This document shows, one piece after another, positions 1 to 12,748 of a stretch of DNA of 64,000 nt. The notes under the pieces were generated by a model. That model did no database searches and was not told the DNA's origin. It saw only the letters and a list, made by a program, of their open reading frames with translations. Origin of the DNA: Epithemia pelagica. Lineage: Eukaryota > Protista > Bacillariophyta. The DNA is taken from positions 3,286,001 to 3,350,000 of the forward strand of contig OX337235.1 of NCBI GenBank assembly GCA_946965045.2. The letters run 5' to 3'. Numbering within the stretch: position 1 is the stretch's first letter; each line of letters begins with the position of its first letter. A program made the translations under genes and the position numbers.

Positions 1-850
1 GCACCAAGGCATGTGAGGTCAGTGCCGTCAGGGCTGACAAGTTCCTAATATCCTAAGAGAGTAGCCGCCAATTGGCAGTGTTGAGGAAAGGGCATGTAGA
101 CAAGTGTTCGCATGCCAATAAGACGAAAAAGTCAGCGGGACATTTACAAACAAGTGCTCCCATACAAATTACAAATGAAATGCAAGAAACACGAACCTTG
201 GGCTCAACTTTCGTGTTGATGCTTTCAATAAGTCCTGATGCGCGGGTTGGCAAGGAAAAGGAGACAACATCAGGCACTCTATTTTGCCGCCTTCTTATTT
301 TATTGTTGCTGTGTGAGCACGAGACTACTTGTTGCCCTGTTGATTCCTAGCCATGAAAGCAAAAGATGGTGTGAAGCCAAGTTGTTACCACTCCTTCCAG
401 CGTGGATTACGGCATGTTAATATCGAAAGTCAATGTGGAAATTGAAAGTCGCCAATGGCCAAATTTTGTCCAGCACACATACCAGCATCCATTCCAAGCC
501 CCTTCATCTGTTTAAGCCTAGCGTGCTTGATGCATAGGGCAGAGAAAAAAAAGGAGAAACAAGTTTCTTATGACCAAGTGTTATTGATTGCTGGTGGCAG
601 TTGTTCACTGACTCCGCCCTGGTCTTGATCAGCAAGAGCATTCCATTCTGGACCGATGAAGGCGCTCCTTCCTTCCCATGGACGCTACCTTGTACCGTTG
701 CTTCTGGTGACCTGTGCACCTGGACTGGTCCTGATGCACCGGTCAAGGGGGAATAAGCATGAACCCATGGAGACCGGTCCACCATCAAAGAAAGGATGCA
801 AGATGTAAGAAAGTACTAGCAGATCACTGCGGCGGCATTTGTCGCATGAC

Positions 851-963
851 GTGGTCTGATCCAGTATCGAAGTACCGACTAGCACCAGTGTGGTCTGCTC
901 CAGCATCGAAGTCTGGTCTAGCATCAGTGTGGTCTGCTCCAGCTTTGAAGTCTGGCCTAGCAC
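851..963. repeat. 39-bp tandem repeat, ~3 diverged copies
   Basis: GTGGTCTG anchor recurs at 851, 890 and 929. Confidence 0.8.
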
Positions 964-1249
964 GAATGAAGGATGCAAGGAAGAAAGTACTGTCACTGCC
1001 AAGCACACTTATTGAATGAGGCAGGGCAGTTACAAAGCTGAAAACAACATTCTGCACCGGTTGCCATGGATGGCAACATGCAGCATGCAGAATTTTGCAC
1101 AGGTTGCCATGGATAGCAACGTACCACATGCATCATTGCAGCAGGTAACATTGTTTACCGCAATTCACCTATATTCGAATTCCAAGAGAAAATCAAAGTC
1201 GTACGTCGTTGATGTGCAAGACAAGACGACAACAATGGCAATGATAGGC

Positions 1250-2700
1250 CATGCTATGCCATGATAAAAGAAAAGAAGTCGTTTTATGGCAATCCTTCGT
1301 TGCAGCATGAACAACCCTGTGTCAATAAGAAATACAGTCACACTGCCACGTGCATGCGGTGGTTGACAAATTAAAGAGAAGACTCCCAGTCTACTATCGA
1401 ATGAAACGGCCTTGTGTCGGTGGCAGTGGCACATGGCGAACTGATGAGCGTTCGCCCACTGTCATGCGTAAGGTATTGGCAACTGCCATCCATTACGAAG
1501 CATATTGAGGCCAAGTCTGATCAACTTGGCAAAACCACTGGCTCATCGGTGGACAATAACAAGTCGTTGACGACGAACTGCCATCATCTAGAGTGTCTGC
1601 ATGGCTGAACATTATGCCAAACGATTGGCTGAAGAGAGCTGTCGACCAGAGTGTCGGCATGACTTATTGACTATTACACCACCCGAATGGCGGGCAAGGA
1701 GAAGTTACGTAGTCGGTGGACCATGAAAAGGAACACAATGAATTGAAGGTATGGGGCAAGGGCCGCGGTAAAAGATTTTGGAACGCTGGATGAGGTGTGT
1801 CTTGTTCATTTCAGTCGCTAAGAACTGCCTTTGCCGTCCAAAGTGATGACGGGTCAGAGTCTTTCTTGACAGAGCCCCGAAGCAGACGATTGTGAAGGTT
1901 AATATACCTCGAGAATTCACATTGCGTGATCTCTGCTGATGAGATGACAGATGCACAATGTACCGAGAGACTAGTCGTGAAAGTCTGTGAAGAAACAAGC
2001 ATAATGAGATGGAAGCATTTGTCTTGCTAAGACGATAGCAGAAAGCGATGATTGTTATATCCTGCAAGGAAACAGACGAAAGCACCAAATGAAAGAAGAA
2101 TGAGATAAGCTCCCGGGGACATGACCAGTGGGACGAGATGCCTCCATATCTTCGATATACCCTTACCATCATCTTCAGGAAGTCAAGTGGCACTGCGAGT
2201 CCAAGAACGCGTGGCCACGAAGTCAAGTGGCACTGCGAGTCCAAGAACGCGTGGCCACACATGAAGGAATAATGAACGATGCCATTCTAGGCATTCCCAC
2301 GCGGAGTCAAGTCTTTATGACTAGTGGAACACGTCACCAGAGATGCTTTGTGCGGTGATTCATCAAAATGAGTTGGCACAGAAACATGATAAGCAGAGGG
2401 CTGAGAATGGTCAGTGTCTCATGTTACTCCCCAAAGCATAAGAAGAGAAAGGGAGTGATTCGACCATGCACTGAAATCCTGCAGCTCGTCGTGGGCTGCC
2501 CCAAGTATGATTCATTACGCTGTGGCCGGTGACAGGTGTACCGTGATAATGTGGATCCAGAGGTGCTCATTCGTGGGGACAGCAGTTTCCCCTGTTTCAC
2601 TGGATACTATGAAAACAAAGGGAAAGGAAAAGAAAGCAGAAAATTGTTGCTTGAAGAGTTGCTGCCGCATCAGTGGCCGAATAAAACAAACGTATTCTTG
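1250..2700 (-). mobile_element. Degraded CoDi-type Ty1/copia relic (gag, protease-integrase linker and integrase fragments)
   Basis: Minus-strand fragments match the intact element in the right order: QQLFKQQFSAFFSF..TGETAV (~2660-2580) vs EELFQEQQVFLYSV..QGRAYV; VITLDGK (~1850) vs ITTLDGR; PFGW (~1690) vs PFFGW; HRHKAVSFDS..VFS (~1420) vs RRHEPVATDSVFS. Many stops and frameshifts; boundaries approximate. Confidence 0.65.
2180..2259. repeat. 40-bp direct tandem duplication
   Basis: AGTCAAGTGGCACTGCGAGTCCAAGAACGCGTGGCCAC at 2181 and 2221. Confidence 0.9.
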
Positions 2701-3918
2701 TCAATATCTCGGGAGGATTTTGTGATGAAGAAGCTATCCTCGGCAAGCAGGCAGGTGAATGTGCAGTCAGGTATGACCCTCTGTAAGGTGTCGTGGTTGC
2801 ATGTGTTCATTCAAGGGTAGAAGCGAGAGCAAAAAGTTGAAGATCCCAACGTTCACGAGCAAAGTAGATCCGAATCCAATGAAGTGGAATCAAGCCAAGC
2901 TGAATGGGGACATGGCCTTTTGACTACACGCAGAGATTCGTGTGAGTTTGCCTCCTAGTCGTGTTCAGTGCCATCCTGAAAAGGGGCCTGAAGTTGCAAC
3001 ATTCAGAGCTTGGAAATATTGTGTTGAAGTCTAAAATCTACCAGTCCAAGCTTATATGAGAATGATCCAAGGATGGATATGGACTACACGGATTGTTGTC
3101 GATGGTGGCCGACGAAAGAGTCATTTTGCTCTGTCCTTTTGACGCTGGAGCCAGTCGGAAGCCTTGGCATGATGAGAGTATATGGGTCTTTCAACAGTTC
3201 TGATGACGGATTGACGGTATAACGCAATGTCGCTAATCGTCACATCCTATGTGTGTGGGCATGCACGAAATCTTACCATGTCACACTAGACCTCCAGTCG
3301 ATGGGTCCTCTCCAGGGGATCTTGTTCGAGGGGATCTGCAGTGCGAATCACGCATGATTCAGCTATGTTGAGATTGGCGAACAGGTGGATCACAGTCCGT
3401 GTCATCGCTCATGTACAAATCGCCCATATAGCGATAGGAAGCCTCTAAACTGGCGATTCCTCCGATCCATCGGAGGGTAGCCATAATCTTCTAAAAAGCC
3501 CAGCTTTTGCCCGTCCTCAACGTGAGCATTTCCACTGTAGAATTTATTCGCATGCAATAGGCAATCGACACGCTTCCAACTCTCTCAAAAAGAATGACGA
3601 ACGAGCTTCCGAGTCCGTCTGGCCTTCATACTACCATTTGGTATATACTTGCACTATTCACCCTATAGAATCTTTTGAGTGGGCCCACATGGGGTCGCTG
3701 GTGGGACGCGGATCCACGAGATCTTTCGCTCCGCACCGAGATCTTTCGCTCACCGAATCCGCGCTGACGACGCACCCGCAAAGATCGTTTTCGTTCTTCT
3801 CTTGTGGTTGTTCTGTGTTATTCTTGGTGGATCAAGTTCTCCACTCTCCACGCACAGGAACAACCAGAACCATTACGATCCTACCTAGAATCATTGCTAG
3901 AATCACAAACGAGAAACT

Positions 3919-6123
3919 ATGCCATTGAGTTCTTCTTCTTCTTCGTTTGCTTCGGCACCGTGGTTGGACGATGCATGGAACCACAGCAACAGCAGCAGTC
4001 ATCCCTTTGTCGGCTGTAGAGAAATTTTTGTCGGTGGTGGATGGGGTGGTGTGTATAGTTTTTATCGTCGCGTCTTGGATGGCATTGCACGCAATCAAAG
4101 TGCCTCGCAGTATTGCTTAATGGAACAAGCCAGTCGGATTGGTGGTCGCACCTATTCGGTTCCCCTGCGTCGTCAGTCGACCGACTTTGTCGTCGATGTC
4201 GGTGCCTATCGATTTGCGGCCGACATGTACTTGGTCCATGATTTGGTCGTGGGAGAATTGAATTTGACGACGGCCTGTTACGAACCGCACTGTCCCAGTG
4301 CGCAAGCCGATTTTCCCGACCATTTCGACTTTCCCTATCAAGAACCACTGTTACGGATTGTCCATGCCTCGACGGGATTGCCCAGTGGCTATGGCAGTGC
4401 CTTGCATCGCATGATCGATACTTGTGTCGCACTGGGGGCACGAGTCTTTGTCAATACGCAATTGATTCATTTGGAAGTGACGGAATCGGATCCGGATGAC
4501 GACAAGGAGAAGAAGAAGGAGGACGAGACCACAAGTTCTGTATCCTCTCCTTCGATTCGCCGCATGGCCTTTCGTCATGCCATTTCGGGTCAAGTGGTCT
4601 GGTTGGATCATCCAGAGCAAGTCCAGGTCCTGGTATTGAATGTGGCCCGCAATCACTTGTTTCAAGTGGCGGGCCTCCGACACTCGTTGCATCCCCACGT
4701 GCAACAAACCCTGCGGTGCATCGTGTTTGATGTTCCCGACGACTTGTTTGGACCGGACATGGCCGAACGCATGCGTCAGGCACAATTTCAAGACACCAAC
4801 TTGGCCAAGGCCTATGTCTATTATGACGACGCCTGGTGGCATTCCCTCTTGCCCAATGCCACCAGTGGCGACTATCCCCCCGGAGCCGCCTTTGAAGCCG
4901 TCAATACGACGCAGGGCTTGTTGTTCAATGTGCATTGGTCCGATGGACCCGTGCACTGTTCGAATAGTACTACTTCTACTAGTACTACAACAAGAACAAC
5001 CACAACCGGCAACCACTCACGTTCGCAATCCTGTCATGGCTTTTTGGAAATTTATTATTCCGTCTCCAACGAAACCTGGTATTCGTCCCTTCCCAAGCTT
5101 CGTCACGGGGTCCACGTCCAAGATTCCACCCTGGGCATGATGTGGGATGACGACGACAATGACAACCAAACGAGCAATGAAAACATTCGTGCCGTGTTGC
5201 AACAGACTCATGACGCCTTGTGGGAAGCGTTGGATCCCTTGTGGCGCCAACAATCGGCTGACATTTACAATGCCAGTCGACACGTGGCACCACCGCGGGG
5301 AATATTGGTGGGCGCCTGGCATCGTCCCAATCTCCAGTCAAGGCCCTTGGGAGGACGCGACTTGTATACGGCACCCAGCAAGGTGTACTATGAACCCACC
5401 CTTTCGGGGACCCCCGAACAAGCGTGTGGAGGGGTGCCCGGATTGACGGATGCGTCCTATCGAACCGTCGTGCTGCAACCCTTTGACACGCCAGCGGCCT
5501 TGGCAGCCTTGCAGCAGCAGCAACCGCAAGAAGCCATTCAGAAACATGACGGTCCAGATTCGAGTCGTTCCTGGATGCGCCACGTGGCCGATCCCACCCG
5601 CCGGACGAAATCATCCTCATCCTTGTCGTCGTCATTGTCGTCGTCGTCCCAACCGACCAGTCGCATTTTTTTGGTCAACAATGACTATGTGTGTGCCAAT
5701 GTCCGTACCCTTTGGGGCGATTGGGCCGAAGAATCCTTGATGCAAGCCGAACGGGCCATGCACGTGTTGGGAATGGAGGCACCGGAATGGTTGACCAATG
5801 CGTCCTATTATCAACGCCATGTCCTGGATCCCCTACAACAGCAACAACAGGCGCAACCACCAACAACAGGAGGAGGACGAGCATTCTCCGCCAGGACCAA
5901 TCTCACCAATGACCAACCACACCAGCACATGACTACACCAACAACGACAACATTTGGTTCCATGACAACCACAGTTCCGCTCGGATCATGGCACCAACAG
6001 AAGGACATGCTGCAGTTGAGTTTCCTATGGATCGTAGTATTGGTCGTTGGGATGACGGTCCGTCTCGGTTCTCGGTCCTGTCGAAGGGGTCGTCACCAAC
6101 CAACCAAACAGGCCCTCAAGTAA
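3919..6123 (+). CDS. Flavin-dependent amine/L-amino-acid oxidase-like protein with C-terminal transmembrane helix (734 aa; N-terminus uncertain)
   Basis: Dinucleotide-binding FVGGGWGGVY, the EQASRIGGRTYS and DVGAYRF motifs of MAO/LAAO-type flavoproteins, a C-terminal WGDWAEESL (cf. GWxEGAL) and hydrophobic LSFLWIVVLVVGM near the end. Confidence 0.75.
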   Translation: MPLSSSSSSFASAPWLDDAWNHSNSSSHPFVGCREIFVGGGWGGVYSFYRRVLDGIARNQSASQYCLMEQASRIGGRTYSVPLRRQSTDFVVDVGAYRFAADMYLVHDLVVGELNLTTACYEPHCPSAQADFPDHFDFPYQEPLLRIVHASTGLPSGYGSALHRMIDTCVALGARVFVNTQLIHLEVTESDPDDDKEKKKEDETTSSVSSPSIRRMAFRHAISGQVVWLDHPEQVQVLVLNVARNHLFQVAGLRHSLHPHVQQTLRCIVFDVPDDLFGPDMAERMRQAQFQDTNLAKAYVYYDDAWWHSLLPNATSGDYPPGAAFEAVNTTQGLLFNVHWSDGPVHCSNSTTSTSTTTRTTTTGNHSRSQSCHGFLEIYYSVSNETWYSSLPKLRHGVHVQDSTLGMMWDDDDNDNQTSNENIRAVLQQTHDALWEALDPLWRQQSADIYNASRHVAPPRGILVGAWHRPNLQSRPLGGRDLYTAPSKVYYEPTLSGTPEQACGGVPGLTDASYRTVVLQPFDTPAALAALQQQQPQEAIQKHDGPDSSRSWMRHVADPTRRTKSSSSLSSSLSSSSQPTSRIFLVNNDYVCANVRTLWGDWAEESLMQAERAMHVLGMEAPEWLTNASYYQRHVLDPLQQQQQAQPPTTGGGRAFSARTNLTNDQPHQHMTTPTTTTFGSMTTTVPLGSWHQQKDMLQLSFLWIVVLVVGMTVRLGSRSCRRGRHQPTKQALK

Positions 6124-6303
6124 ACCAACAATCGAACGGGGAAAACAAACGCCTATACATGATAACCATCCCTCAGTGCCGAAACATGTCCCTCTAGAAA
6201 GATAGTACAAAGTTATAAGGTAAAAGTGTCTTTCGTTTCCCAATGTCTTCTGCCTCTTGAAAAAACTGACATGACTCGTCCTCTATACCCTTACCCTTGT
6301 CCT

Positions 6304-7423
6304 CTATCCCTTGCTTGTCGCATGAAACAACAAGTTCTGGGCGGGGTCCGCCATGCAGTTTTGACACCATTGATAATAGGGCAGTTGTTCTACCAAGTAC
6401 TGTCGAACCTGGGTCGCCACCTCACCATTGTTCTTGTCGTACAAGCAGTCTTGATCTTTGACACGATCTCGGTTTGTGGTCCGAGGCATGTTGGTGGCGG
6501 GGACCCGCTTGTGTTGCAATTTCTCATCCATGTACGCCAGATAGGGCTCGACCGGAATGGGATCAAAACACTTGACGGAAAACTGGTTCTGGAATTGTTG
6601 TTGTTGGTGTTCCACCAATTGGGAATGAAATCGGTCGGGAAAGACCAGACACTGCCAAATTTCCCTCTTGAGATCCTCGGAGTTCGGAGTGACAGTCAAA
6701 GGTGTGGCGTCGGTGGTTGCACTGGGACAAGAGGTGATCGAGTGGATCGCGACAGGGAATGTGCAGTTCCAACTTCCACCGGTTGTCATTATTATTATGG
6801 AGGAGGAGACGATCCCACACCGTCCAACGATCTTCCAAACTAATGTAATCGCAATTTTCGTACCCAATTTCCTCCATGACGGCGGGTGGCACGCGTCCTC
6901 GATTCCAATTCTGTTCAAACGCTTTATTTATAGCATCCTTCTGGCCCGTTTGTTGGGCCGGAATACTCGTTCTATTGTGTTGGTGCAGTTGCTGTTCCAC
7001 CCGTTGGTTGAATTGATAGGCATCGTAGCTGTAGCCTCGGTTCCCACACACGCGTTCGTACTGAGACGCCAATCGACCGTTGAGGGTGGTACCGGCCGTT
7101 TTGGCATAATGCAAATGACCATAGACGGTAAACGAGGAAGCCTCGGTGGTCCGGATGGTTGAGTTTGGGACGGACGATAGGATGCTGGTGCAATTCTTGA
7201 GTGGTGGTGGTGGTTCTTGTTGTTTGGTTTCAAATGGGATCACTCCTGCGGCGGATGCCGCCGCATTATCTCGGCGTGGGGAGTTCACACCACCCCCACG
7301 AGGAACAGCAGTAGTAGTGGTGGAGAAGGGCAACACGTAGTGTTGAAGGACATCGGTAATGACATAGAGAACCGCAGCCACGGTCAGAAAGAAGGAACCT
7401 TGTTGTCGCAAGGAGGAACGCAT
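6304..7423 (-). pseudogene. Sulfotransferase-fold type II membrane protein, frameshifted by a 7-bp duplication
   Basis: N-terminal TM, HLHYAKTAGTT (5'-PSB-like) and CRDPLDHLLS (3'-PB-like) motifs. ORFs 6563-7423 and 6304-6918 join into one 370-aa frame if one copy of TCGGAGT (6677-6690) is removed. Confidence 0.7.
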
Positions 7424-10400
7424 GTTCCAGTCTCCCAGATTGTTTGACGCAGCTCAACCACCGGAGAGAGACAAAACATGGCGATCGTGCAATGTCACGA
7501 ATGATGAGGTCCCCCGGCGCGTACTATAGGATTTTAAGTACACGCCACAGGTTGAACCGTAAAACGAGGATGCACTACGTGCCATTCCCTCCAAGGCCTC
7601 TCACAGTTTATTTTGAAGACCAATGCGGTTCGTCGATAGGATGTGATTCCAGAGGCTCGACGTATCCAGCACCATCACACCATGCCATGCCATTGTCCCT
7701 GTGTCGCAATGTGACGAGATCATGTTTGCTGTGAAAGGAGAGGGAGGGAGGGAGAGAGAGAGTTGGTCTTGCGCGCGTTTTCACGTGTTGTTTGTCGGAG
7801 CACATTAAGATGGGGAGACTTTCAATCTGTCTCATCGCAACGACAGCGGTGGCCACCACCTTTCCAGGACGTGTGGTGGATTCTTCTCCCTTTGGTTTCA
7901 CGCAAACGAAAAGGTACTCGGGTCGTCGTCCAAGAATCCTCCCACACCAAAGCATCCACAGTCGGCACAGCAATCACGAGTGAGTCAATGCTTGGAGTGG
8001 TCGAGCGTCGAACAGAACAGCCAGATTCCACACGATCCATCCTGGTGTGTGCCTTTCTCTCGGAAAAACGATTGTTCCTTTCTCTTTGGAGAATAACGAC
8101 ATGACTCGGATCCCTGCACACAAGTACACTTGTGGGGTGGTGTTTGGGTTCGGGTGGATGGATGGATTTCGTTTTACGAGAGCTTGTGTTGGTCGGCACC
8201 GAAACACGAATCTACCAAAATGGCAAAACGTGACAAAGTGTGCTCCTCCCGCCCGAGTTTGTCCCCTAATGACAATATTTCGTGCTCCACAAGAGTCGCC
8301 TGCCCAAAGCGATGGATATTTGGAAACAACTCGTGCCCCATCGATCGATCCATACCCTGGTAGTAAGCATAGTACCTACGGTAGTCACAACGATGCTGCA
8401 CAGTGTGGAGCCACGGCAAGCTGTTCCACCACAAGAACAATAGTTGTTGGAACAACACGACACACTCGAGGATATCACCAATGAACACGCATGGATGGAT
8501 CCTCCTTCCTCCTCCAGATTTATCGATTCTATACTGTGCTTTGTAGTATTATTTGGGGGGCCGCACTCGTTGGCAGTCACGGCAACAGCTCTACCATTCC
8601 AAGATTCTCCCCACAACCAGATCCACGGTCGAATCCAACACGAACGGTCTCTCTGTCCATTTCATACTTCTACCAATTCAATCCATTCCGGCATGTCGTC
8701 CTGGACTCGATTTGGATGCATGACCAAACGGAAATTGAGTGAATGCTACGCTTGTCGGCAGAGATTGCAGCAGCCTGATGGCTGTCTAGAGTCTTTAGTA
8801 GACAGCGAGATGGATCCAAGTTTGTCCTTTTGTGGGATCGCGTTGGTTGGGTGTTGCTGCTGTGAGGAAACACGCCCAGGGTCTGCCGCCTCTGGAGGAG
8901 GAGGACAAGGCTATATCTAGTTCTGAAATGTGCCAGTGGTCGGCCGAACGAACGAACAACGAAGCCTCCCGGTTCATAATTACGAGTGGCACAAACCGTA
9001 GGACGGAACGTGCTCCTTGTTCTCTCTCTCTCTCTCTCCGGAGAATGACAAACATTCTTGCGCCGTGCCCAAGAACGACGAGCGTGTGGCCTTTCCAACG
9101 CGTACTGTGGAATTTCCTATACGTGCGGTGCCCCCAACCATAGACTGGCCTCTGGAAATCCAGCACACAAACCCTTATTGTCGTCGTTCCAACCACAAGA
9201 ACGATTCCTGGTCCACACACACACACACATACAGACTCGCGCTTTGGAGCTTTGGCCGAGACCAACCAAACGAGATTCCGAAAACTAGTGACTACCTAGG
9301 TGGATCCAAACGGCATCTTGCATTCTCCAAGACAATCCACACTTGTGCGCGCGCGCAAGACAAGAGTTGTTGTTGTATTGTAGGACCAAATACACTATAA
9401 TGCGAGATTGCTAAACACAAAGAGAGGATTGGTCGTTTAACCGATATGCCCCACGGCAAGAAGCAATGGAATGGACAACCCCGCAAGCCATTACGGCGAT
9501 CACGACACACGTGTCGATCGTTTCTGCTAACTCCTATTGCCTCAGAGTAACCAAGTTACAGTCACTTCATTCTTGTGTTGTTTTCGTAGCAAGAACGTTC
9601 CTACGCATCAAACTTGCGTACTAGGACAAGAAGGAGATTCTCCACAAGACAAGAGTCCACTCTCGTTCTCCATGTGTTTGTTTCAGTCATTCAAATTCCT
9701 ATAAAGTATGCTAGCAGAGGTATCCATTGCTCGAACAAAGCCTCATTCTCTTGTCGAAACCACGACCCGTAGTCTTGATCAAGATTCAACGACCACATAA
9801 TCGCCTCCCGTTATGGACTTTAATTGGGATGGGTCATTTCTGTGGGGGCGAGGAAGGAAGAACGACACGAACCACTGCCAAGTATGCCACGAATGACGTG
9901 TTTGTCATGATGTTTCGTAGCGTGGGTCGGCTCCCAACGTTTGAGCAACGCGTGTGGAACGTGCACAGTCAGTTTTCCGTGTCCTATCGACGGGGGAGGC
10001 TGTCACCAATGTCACATCCATTGCTCATCCGTGCTGCTACTATGGCGATGGACGGTTGTTCCATACTCCATGGATACTCAGAGAACTCTCTGTGTAATAG
10101 AGAAAAAAGGAGGTGGTCTTGTGTGCTTATCTTTCTTTTAAAATGTGAGCGTTGGTATCTCAGCGGCCCAACCGACTGCATGCACACCCACTGCATATAA
10201 GCCCCTTGAGGCTGACTCAGAAAGGCGCATGTCGAGTGTCGTCGAGGGCAGAAAACGCTCGTGCTCCACACAAAACACAAAATATCCGCACTCCGCCGCA
10301 CAGCATCAGCAGCATGGATTCAACAAAACCCCAGTCACGAGGAATCAAATTGACGGCAACGACCCATCGATAAAGTGACTATGAAGTTGCGGACCGTGAA

Positions 10401-11964
10401 CGTGGATGATGAATTGTCAGACTTTTGGCTGATGTACCGTAGTCCTCTGACGGGTCTTGCGTAACAGGAGGCGAAGCAAATAAAGTGTTTACTCCGTCTT
10501 GATCAACTTTTGTAGCCTTGATCTGGCTACCAATGGTCATGTCTGACTGTTCGAACGTTCGTAGGGCAGAAACGAAGGATATATTCCCCTCCTGTTGATA
10601 TCACCTAGTGTACTTGTCCAAAAGATACGAACACCAGGGACGTTAAGGGATTGTAAGGAATGCTGATTGTGGATGGACAGACAGTCCGAAGCTATCTTTT
10701 TTTGCCCTGGTCTTGTGAACGATATTGCGTAATAGAGATGGGAGCAGAAGGTTGGTTGGAGTCTTTGGCGGCGATGGTCACGATTTTTCAGTTCCTGAAA
10801 GGAGATGCGTAGCACATGAACCATTGTAGGTGATGGATTGAACAACAAAAGTGACGGGCAAGCTAGGACGGCTTGCGTTGCTATCACCAAATCAGTGATA
10901 CGCGAAGGAATCCCGCCAAGGACATCATGTGTTTAGCTTTGTCATTAGAGGAGCTACCCACTCTCAACTCGGTGGGAAGTGCAAAAAGTTGCTGGTGGGG
11001 GAAAGAGAGTGTCTTGACAAGAGCGTGACAAGAGTGAAGAGTGTTGTCTGTCCGCACTGCGAAAGGGAAAGAGAGGCGGAAATGTGACAGAAACTTTGTC
11101 TTTTCGCTAGCCCATTATTCGCCATTATTTCCCCTCCATATTGGTGAGGCGGTCAGACATATCCCCAACCCTATCTTTTTTGAATATCGCCCGCCACTCT
11201 GCTCCAGGTAGCTCTAAGTATCTCTAATTGCCAACACCGCTACATCAAGGTCGGCTTGCGTCCAGTGGTTTCTGAATGCTCATAAATTTGGGCAACCCTC
11301 TTGTTCTCGTCTGTCACAAAACCCAAAACCGAGGCAAATGCTTGACCATGACGTGAGGTAAGAACCATGGACGGATCATGCTGGGCTGAATCGCATTTAA
11401 CTTCTCACTACTGCTGCTTATTTCTAATCTTGTCGTCTCCTTTTCTTTCTTCTTACTCATCACTGCTGCAATCTTTCCTTTTGTTCTTGCATGATCCTTT
11501 GGATTTGTCTCATGTTGTACGAGTAGACTGGGTATAAGCTGCTTGTGGTCAAGTGGAATATCCTTCCCTTTCCCCTTCTTGTAATTCTTTTGTCGTTTGA
11601 TTGTTGGCTGGTTGGTTACTTTCATGTTTTCTGTAGGATAGATGATTCACTATTCATAGTATCATTGTCAATCATTTCTCAACGACCGAACATTTTGTTG
11701 TTTTTGCTTCAAGTAGATGGCTCCATCTTGCTCTTGCCACTTGCCACACCCTACTTTCCAACTATCAGCTCCTAGAGCTAGAGTCAAACAGCGAATGATT
11801 CAATTTGTAGCTGTACAAGCGTGTAAGAGCTGCTCTGTCGTGTGTTCATGGTGAAACTGAGGGTCATTGACGTGCTCAAAACAGAAAACTGATGTACTAC
11901 ACGAATACAGAAGGCACTAAACTCGGCTGGCACTTGAGTTCTATTTCTAGTTAATAAAGAAAAG

Positions 11965-12748
11965 TGTTAGAATTCTCACCGTCTATGGTGGTTAGATTCT
12001 ACATCTCATCGATTCCCCATGTCACATAGCCTCGTGCTATCGCATCATGCCCTCTAGCTTCGAGCTATGTTTCCTAGCTTCGCGCTATATCGACCTATAT
12101 TTCTTCGCAAATCATGAAAAGTGAGAATAGATTGACGAACTCACTCTCAAGACTAAATTGGGTCGTGCGGTATTACAACGGACGTAAATTTGGCCGTTGC
12201 TCGGACACTGTACTAACGCCCTAAGCGTACGCGCCCGAAATCATCGAGCGCGCCCAAGCGACATCCGAGCGCTATCGGCATCTATCCGATCCAACGGTCT
12301 AAGTATCCCAAGCACGACACACGATCACGCGAGACCATATTTCCATTCCCACAATCTCCAAATTGTCAACAAGCTGCGCGCCATGAAAACAACTATGCCA
12401 ACCCAAAGCAAGAGCTGTTGACCCTGTATATGTTATCCGCCCACATATACATGTCATATACATCACATGAATCAACTCCAACTATTCCAAACCTGTTGCC
12501 GCCAAGAACCTATGATACATGACCCTTGGCAGGACCGAACATTTCACGTAGACCTATCGTAGTAATCAACACACAATCTAACAAATATCACCATTTATCA
12601 CATCCTCTTTTGTGTCCCGACTATCCTTCTGATAGACTTCGACTTGCTTGCTTCTCTGACCCTGAGAAGCTTGTATCGGTTGGTGACCTACCTGATTGTC
12701 TGCTCTACCGAGCATCAATGTCCCTACGATTCAGAAAGAATTGTAACA
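11965..12748 (+). repeat. 5' LTR (784 bp)
   Basis: TGTTAGAATTC...ATTGTAACA; no difference seen by eye from 19567-20350. Confidence 0.97.

Noticed and set aside
1-800. Possible transposase or other coding remnant
   Set aside because: Only vague peptide resemblance; no motif I can defend.
851-963. Short repeats as a CRISPR array (also 2180-2259 and 20936-20989)
   Set aside because: Eukaryotic context, 2-3 contiguous copies, no unique spacers of regular length and no cas genes.
7450-11900. Many overlapping 60-160-aa ORFs in a long gene-free stretch
   Set aside because: No domain motifs or consistent codon bias; driven by CT/CA microsatellites and low complexity. An unrecognised gene or lncRNA cannot be excluded.
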